Assembly: GCA_049840735.1 (NCBI GenBank)
Contig: JASGJN010000020.1
Span: forward strand, 256,001 to 320,000
Source: Anaeromyxobacter sp.
GTDB lineage: Bacteria; Myxococcota; Myxococcia; Myxococcales; Anaeromyxobacteraceae
Direction of reading: 5' to 3'
Length of the DNA stretch: 64,000 nt
The notes under the pieces were generated by a model. That model worked only from the letters and a program-made list of their open reading frames with translations, was not told the origin of the DNA and ran no database searches. Positions 58,814 to 64,000 of this stretch are shown here, one piece after another; within the stretch, counting starts at the first letter, position 1, and every line of letters starts with the position of its first letter. The translations under genes and the position numbers were made by a program.

Positions 58814-59722
58814 ATGCCCACCCCTGCCCCTCAAGAACGGCTCGACCAGCTGCGGCTGGCCATGGGCCAGGCCGCCCGCGCGCTGCAGGCGGAGCTCTGC
58901 GCCGCGCTGGAGCGGCTGGATGGCCTCGGCCGCTTCCGCAGCGACGCCTGGGAGCGGCCGGGCGGCGGGGGCGGCCTCTCCCGCGTGCTGGAGGAGGGCG
59001 CGGTGCTCGAGAAGGCCGGGGTGAACGTCTCGGAGGTCTGGGGCGAGGTCCCGCCGGCGCTGGCCAGCCGGGTCCAGGGCGCGGGCGGCACCTTCGCCGC
59101 GGTCGGGCTCTCGGCGGTGATCCACCCGCAGAGCCCGCTCGTGCCCACCGCCCACGCCAACATCCGCTTCCTGCACCGCGGCGGCGCCGGCTGGTTCGGC
59201 GGCGGGGCCGACCTGACGCCCCACTACCTGTTCGAGGAGGACGCGCGCCACTTCCACGCCGTGCTGCGCGACGCCTGCGAGCAGCACGAGGCCGGGTCGT
59301 ACGTGCGCCACAAGCGCACCGCCGACGACTACTTCTACCTGCGCCACCGCGGCGAGCGGCGCGGCGTGGGCGGCATCTTCTTCGAGGATCTGGGCGGCGA
59401 CCTGGAGCGCGAGCTCGCCTTCGCCCAGGCGGTGGGCCGGGCCTTCCTGGCGGCCTACCTGCCCATCGTGGAGCGGCGGAAGGACCTGCCCTGGGGCGAG
59501 GCCGAGCGGCGCTGGCAGGAGGTGCGGCGGGGCCGGTACGTCGAGTTCAACCTGCTCTTCGACCGCGGCACCACCTTCGGCCTGGAGACGGGCGGGCGGA
59601 CCGAGTCGATCCTGATGTCGCTCCCGCCGCGGGTCCGCTGGGCCTACGACCACCACCCCTCCCCGGGCAGCCGGGAGGCGGCGCTGGTGGAGGTGCTGCG
59701 GACGCCGCGCGAGTGGGCGTGA
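58814..59722 (+). CDS. hemF: Oxygen-dependent coproporphyrinogen III oxidase
   Basis: EKAGVN, WFGGGADLTP, RGVGGIFF and RRGRYVEFNL.FDRGT.FGL. Confidence 0.95.
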   Translation: MPTPAPQERLDQLRLAMGQAARALQAELCAALERLDGLGRFRSDAWERPGGGGGLSRVLEEGAVLEKAGVNVSEVWGEVPPALASRVQGAGGTFAAVGLSAVIHPQSPLVPTAHANIRFLHRGGAGWFGGGADLTPHYLFEEDARHFHAVLRDACEQHEAGSYVRHKRTADDYFYLRHRGERRGVGGIFFEDLGGDLERELAFAQAVGRAFLAAYLPIVERRKDLPWGEAERRWQEVRRGRYVEFNLLFDRGTTFGLETGGRTESILMSLPPRVRWAYDHHPSPGSREAALVEVLRTPREWA

Positions 59723-59731
59723 CCGAGGCGC

Positions 59732-60679
59732 TCAGCCCGCGGCAGCGTCGGCGCGGGTGCGCCAGAGCGAGTAGCCGATGGCGCCGCCCAGCAGCACCAC
59801 CACCACGCACAAGGACGGCACCGAGCCGACGTGCACCCAGGGGGCCACGACCATCTTCCCGCCGATGAAGGCCAGCACCGCCGCCAGGCCGAAGTGCAGG
59901 TACTCGAAGCGGCGGATGAGCTGGGCCACCGCGAAGAAGAGCGAGCGGAGCCCCAGGATGGCGAAGATGTTGGAGGTGAAGACGATGAACGGGTCGAGCG
60001 TCACGCCGAAGATGGCGGGGATCGAGTCCAGCGCGAAGACCACGTCGGAGACCTCGATCAGCGCCAGCGCCAGGAAGAGCGGCGTGGCCACCCGCCGCCC
60101 CGCCTCCAGCACGAAGAAGGCGTGCCCCTCGAAGCGCGGCGTCGAGGGGATGATCCGCTGCAGCGCGCGGTAGGCCCAGGAGCGCTCCGGGTGCGGCGCG
60201 TCCTCGTCGCCCTTGAAGAAGAGCCGGACGCCGGTGACCACCAGGAAGGCGCCGAACACGAGCGTGAGCCAGTGGAACCGGGAGAGGAGCGCGGTGCCGG
60301 CCACGATCATGGCCGCGCGCAGCACCAGCGCGGTCAGGATGCCCCAGTACAGCACCCGGTGCTGGTACTCGGGCGGGATGCGCAGGGCGCCGAAGATGAT
60401 GAGGAAGACGAACAGGTTGTCGACCGAGAGCGACTTCTCGATCAGGTAGCCGGTCAGGAAGTCGACCCCGCTCTGGTGGCCGGACCACCAGAACAGCAGG
60501 CCGTTGAAGCCCAGGGCGAGGAGGATCCAGACCGCCGTCCAGCCCAGCGCCTCGCGCGCCGAGACCACCTTGTCCCGCCGGTGGAAGACGCCCAGGTCGA
60601 GCGCCAGCAGCACCAGGACAAGGCCCACGAACCCGCCCCACAGCCACGGGGTTCCGACGGTGGTGGTGGTCGCGGTCAT
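59732..60679 (-). CDS. TerC/Alx family membrane protein
   Basis: EKSLSVDNLFVF, DVVFALDSIPA and TSNIFAILGLRSL. Confidence 0.92.
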   Translation of the reverse strand: MTATTTTVGTPWLWGGFVGLVLVLLALDLGVFHRRDKVVSAREALGWTAVWILLALGFNGLLFWWSGHQSGVDFLTGYLIEKSLSVDNLFVFLIIFGALRIPPEYQHRVLYWGILTALVLRAAMIVAGTALLSRFHWLTLVFGAFLVVTGVRLFFKGDEDAPHPERSWAYRALQRIIPSTPRFEGHAFFVLEAGRRVATPLFLALALIEVSDVVFALDSIPAIFGVTLDPFIVFTSNIFAILGLRSLFFAVAQLIRRFEYLHFGLAAVLAFIGGKMVVAPWVHVGSVPSLCVVVVLLGGAIGYSLWRTRADAAAG

Positions 60680-60783
60680 GCGCGCACCGGCAGGGACCTG
60701 GGCGTCATCGGGGCCCCTTTTAGACCTTTCGTCCCTTCACAGGGTGAGAATCTTCCGTGGTCTGGGTTAGATTTTCTCGCACC

Positions 60784-61698
60784 ATGGACTGGCTCAACTA
60801 CCACCACCTCTTCTACTTCTGGACCGTGGCCAGGGCCGGCAGCATCGCCAAGGCCAGCCAGGAGCTGCGCCTGGCGCAGCCCACCATCTCCAACCAGCTG
60901 AAGACGCTGGAGGCCAGCCTGGGGGTGAAGCTGCTCGAGCGGCAGGGGCGCAGGCTGGTGCTGACCGACGTGGGCCGCACCGTGCTCCGCTACGCCGACG
61001 ACATCTTCCGGACCGGCCAGGAGCTGCAACGGGCGGTGAAGGGGCTCCCGACCGGCCAGCGGCTCAGGCTGGTGGCGGGCGTGGCCGACGTCATCCCCAA
61101 GCGCATGGCCGCGCTGCTGCTGCAGCCCGCGGTGGACGCCCACCCCGACCTGACGCTGGTCTGCCGCGAGGGGCCGCTGCCGCAGCTGCTGGCCGCGCTC
61201 GCCATCCACGAGCTGGACGTGGTGATCGCCGACGTGCCCGCCACCGAGGAGGTCAAGGTGCGGGCCTTCAACCACCGCCTGGGCGACTGCGGCACCACCT
61301 TCTTCGCGGCGGCCAGGCTGGCCGGGCTGCGCAAGGGCTTCCCGCGCTCGCTGCAGGGGCAGCCGCTCCTGCTCCCGGCCGAGGGGACCGCGCTGCGCCG
61401 CGGGCTGGACGCCTGGCTGGCCGCCGGGGGCCTGCAGCCCATCGTCGCCGGCGAGTTCGACGACAGCGCCCTCATGAAGGCGTTCGGCGCCCGCGGGCTG
61501 GGCGTGTTCGCCGCGCCGTCGGTGCTGGAGGAGGACGTGAAGGCCGAGCACGGCGTCTCGGTCATCGGCCGCGCCGAGGACCTGCGCGAGGTCTTCTACG
61601 CCATCACCGTCGAGCGGCGGCTCCGCCACCCGGCCGTGGTCGCGCTGGCCGGCGTGGCGCGCGACGCGCTCTTCGCCCCGGAGGGCGCGCGCGGCTGA
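60784..61698 (+). CDS. nhaR: LysR-family regulator, NhaR-like
   Basis: MDWLNYHHLFYFWTVA, GVADVIPK, EFDDSALMKAFG and ERRLRHP. Confidence 0.85.
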   Translation: MDWLNYHHLFYFWTVARAGSIAKASQELRLAQPTISNQLKTLEASLGVKLLERQGRRLVLTDVGRTVLRYADDIFRTGQELQRAVKGLPTGQRLRLVAGVADVIPKRMAALLLQPAVDAHPDLTLVCREGPLPQLLAALAIHELDVVIADVPATEEVKVRAFNHRLGDCGTTFFAAARLAGLRKGFPRSLQGQPLLLPAEGTALRRGLDAWLAAGGLQPIVAGEFDDSALMKAFGARGLGVFAAPSVLEEDVKAEHGVSVIGRAEDLREVFYAITVERRLRHPAVVALAGVARDALFAPEGARG

Positions 61699-61815
61699 GC
61701 AAACACATTGCTTCTTTCGCAGTGTCGGTGATTCCTTATCTATTAGACGAACCCAGCCACGCCTCCTAGAACCTCTCCACCCGGCGCGCAGAGGCCGGCG
61801 AGGAGAGACGTGGCA

Positions 61816-62712
61816 ATGACGAACCAGCTCAAGACCATCCTGCTGCTCGGCGCCCTCTCGGCGCTGCTGGTGGGGATCGGCGCGAGCCTCGGACCGGGCG
61901 CGTTCTGGGGCTTCACGGCGCTGGCCCTGCTCATCAACCTGGCTTCCTACTTCTGGTCGGACAGGCTCGTGCTGCGAATGCACGGCGCCCGGGCGCTCTC
62001 GCCCGTGGAGGCCCCGCGGCTGCACGCCATCGTGGCGGAGCTGTCCCAGCGCGCCGGCATCCCGGCGCCGCGCCTGTACCTGATCGACGATCCGCACGCC
62101 AACGCCTTCGCCACCGGCCGCAACCCGGCCCACGCCGCGGTGGCCGTGACCCGCGGGATCCTCGAGGTGCTGGACGAGCGCGAGCTGCGCGGCGTGCTGG
62201 CCCACGAGCTGGCCCACGTGGCCAACCGCGACATCCTCGTGGCCACCGTGGCCGCGGGCATCGCCACCGCGGTCTCGCACCTGGCCAACGTGCTGGCCTT
62301 CTCCAGCCTGCTGGGCGGCGGGCGGGACGACGAGGAGGGCTCGGCCGGCGGAGGGCTGCTCATGATCCTGGTGGCCCCCATCGCCGCCACGATGGTGCAG
62401 CTCGGCATCTCCCGCTCGCGCGAGTACCTGGCCGACGAGACGGGCGCCCGCCTCAGCGGCGACCCGCTGGCGCTGGCCCGCGCGCTCGAGAAGCTGCACC
62501 GCAGCGCCGCGGTGGTGCCCGGCGGCCCGGCGCCCGCCACCGCCAGCCTGTTCATCGTGAACCCGTTCGCCGGGGTCGGCCACGGGCTGGTGCAGCTCTT
62601 CTCCACGCACCCGCCGCCGGAGGAGCGGATCCGCCGGCTGCACGCGCTCGCGCGCGAGCTGCACCGCGAGCCACCCGGCCCCGCCTTCCGCACGCAGCTG
62701 GTCCGCGGCTGA
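61816..62712 (+). CDS. htpX: Zinc metalloprotease HtpX
   Basis: NAFATGRNP, AHELAH, SRSREYLAD and FSTHPP. Confidence 0.93.
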   Translation: MTNQLKTILLLGALSALLVGIGASLGPGAFWGFTALALLINLASYFWSDRLVLRMHGARALSPVEAPRLHAIVAELSQRAGIPAPRLYLIDDPHANAFATGRNPAHAAVAVTRGILEVLDERELRGVLAHELAHVANRDILVATVAAGIATAVSHLANVLAFSSLLGGGRDDEEGSAGGGLLMILVAPIAATMVQLGISRSREYLADETGARLSGDPLALARALEKLHRSAAVVPGGPAPATASLFIVNPFAGVGHGLVQLFSTHPPPEERIRRLHALARELHREPPGPAFRTQLVRG

Positions 62713-62816
62713 CCTGGTCTCCAGGGAGCGCGCGGCTCACCACCCGCGCGCCGCAGCGCCCGGCCCGGCACCGTCCCCCGCGGCGGAGCCGGGCCGGATT
62801 CGTTACAATGGGGGTC

Positions 62817-63083
62817 ATGCCTGCACCGAAGGTGACCGTCTACACGAAGGACCACTGCCCCTGCTGCGTCCGGGCCAAGCGGCTGCTGGAGAAGAAGGGC
62901 GTCGGGTACGAGGAGATCGACGTGGCCGGGGACGACCAGCTGCGCGGGTGGCTGGTGGAGCAGACCGGGCAGCTGACCGTGCCGCAGATCTTCGCCGGGA
63001 CCCGCCCGCTGGGCGGGTTCACCGACCTCGACGCGCTGGATCGCCAGGGCAGGCTCGACCCCATCCTGCGCGGCGAGCCGTAG
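62817..63083 (+). CDS. Glutaredoxin
   Basis: CPCC active site, TVPQIF and GGFTDL. Confidence 0.88.
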   Translation: MPAPKVTVYTKDHCPCCVRAKRLLEKKGVGYEEIDVAGDDQLRGWLVEQTGQLTVPQIFAGTRPLGGFTDLDALDRQGRLDPILRGEP

Positions 63084-63142
63084 CGGCGGACCGGGCGCGA
63101 AATCCGTTGACGCGCGCGGCCCCACCAACGACAAACGGCCTC

Positions 63143-64000
63143 ATGCCTGCCCGCCGGGTCATGCCCTGGACGACGGCGGCCGCCCTCGCGCTCTCGGGCG
63201 CGGGCTGCAGCTGGGCCGCCCCGGAGCGCTACGTGCGCGACGCCGCTCCCCCGCCGGACCAGGTGGCCCGCCAGGCGGCGGCCGCAGGTCGCGCGCCGTT
63301 CCTGGAGCCGCCCGCCGCCCCCGCGCCCGCGCCTGCGCCCGAGCCGCACACGCTGGCCGACCTGATCGACCTGGCGCTGGCCCACGATCCCACCACCCGC
63401 GCCGCCTGGTACGACGCGCGCGTGGCGGCCGCGGTCGCCGGCGGCGCCCGCAGCGCCTACCTGCCGGCCGTGGAAGGCGGCGTGGGGGCCGAGCGGGCCC
63501 GCAGCGGCGGCGGCGTGGGCCGCGAGCCGTCGGAGGGGAGCACGCTCGGGCTCTCCGGGAGCGTCACCTGGGTGCTCTTCGACATGGGGGCCCGCGGCGC
63601 GCTGATCGACTCGGCCGACGCGGCCCTGGCCGCGGCGCGCCTCTCCGAGCACGCCGCGGTGGCCGACCTGGTGCTCCGGGTGCAGCAGACGCACTTCCAG
63701 TACCTGGGCGCGCTGGCGCTGGTGGACGCGCAGACCAGCTCGGTGAAGGTGGCCGAGGCCAGCCTGGCCGCCGCGGAGGCGCGCCGGCGCGCCGGCGTGG
63801 CCACGGTGGCGGACGTGCTGCAGGCGCGCACCGCGCTCTCGCAGGCCCAGCTCACGCTGCAGCTGGTGGAGGGGCAGGCGCTGGCGCTGCGCGGCGCGCT
63901 GGCCACCCTGGCCGGCCTGTCGCCCACCGCGGCGCTCGACGTGGGGGCGCTCCCCACCGAGCTCCCGCGCACCGAGGCGGAGCCCACCATCGACGCCCTG
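63143..64000 (+). CDS. TolC-family outer-membrane efflux lipoprotein, partial
   Basis: My translation gives MPARRVMPWTTAAALALSGAGC (lipobox), LADLIDLALAHDP, SAYLP, WVLFDMG and AGVATVADVLQA. It runs off the window end. Confidence 0.8.
   Translation, partial: MPARRVMPWTTAAALALSGAGCSWAAPERYVRDAAPPPDQVARQAAAAGRAPFLEPPAAPAPAPAPEPHTLADLIDLALAHDPTTRAAWYDARVAAAVAGGARSAYLPAVEGGVGAERARSGGGVGREPSEGSTLGLSGSVTWVLFDMGARGALIDSADAALAAARLSEHAAVADLVLRVQQTHFQYLGALALVDAQTSSVKVAEASLAAAEARRRAGVATVADVLQARTALSQAQLTLQLVEGQALALRGALATLAGLSPTAALDVGALPTELPRTEAEPTIDAL

Overview
This is a very GC-rich chromosomal window that looks like Anaeromyxobacter/Myxococcota (inferred from gene content). Bases 1-37.7 kb are mostly housekeeping and regulatory genes: an ECF sigma/anti-sigma pair, two NDP-sugar enzymes, a CdbA-like RHH protein, korAB, a Rieske-queD-folE-SDR-glcD operon, tRNA-Val-thrS-[leuA-ilvBNC]-infC-rpmI-rplT-pheST-ihfA, typA, an isolated rplC and an RpoH-family sigma factor. 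Bases 37.8-57.6 kb are the most interesting part, an apparently coherent respiratory and signalling locus. It encodes a HybA/HybB-like Fe-S + NrfD module with no catalytic subunit, two membrane-anchored GcvH-fold proteins without the lipoylation motif, a triheme cytochrome c, and a nine-heme cytochrome c + cytochrome b pair resembling a split CbcL. It also encodes an unannotated 25-aa membrane peptide, a sigma54-driven hemA, three two-component systems (two kinases carry CxxCH sensor motifs) and two zinc proteases embedded in the regulatory operons. The window ends with purU, hemF, terC, nhaR, htpX, a glutaredoxin and a partial TolC-family gene. Many genes, including essential ones, carry single-base frameshifts, and most of these sit at GATC (read as GAATC/GATTC). 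This points to sequencing error caused by a DNA modification at GATC rather than real pseudogenes. All family assignments come from recognising motifs by eye; no searches were run.
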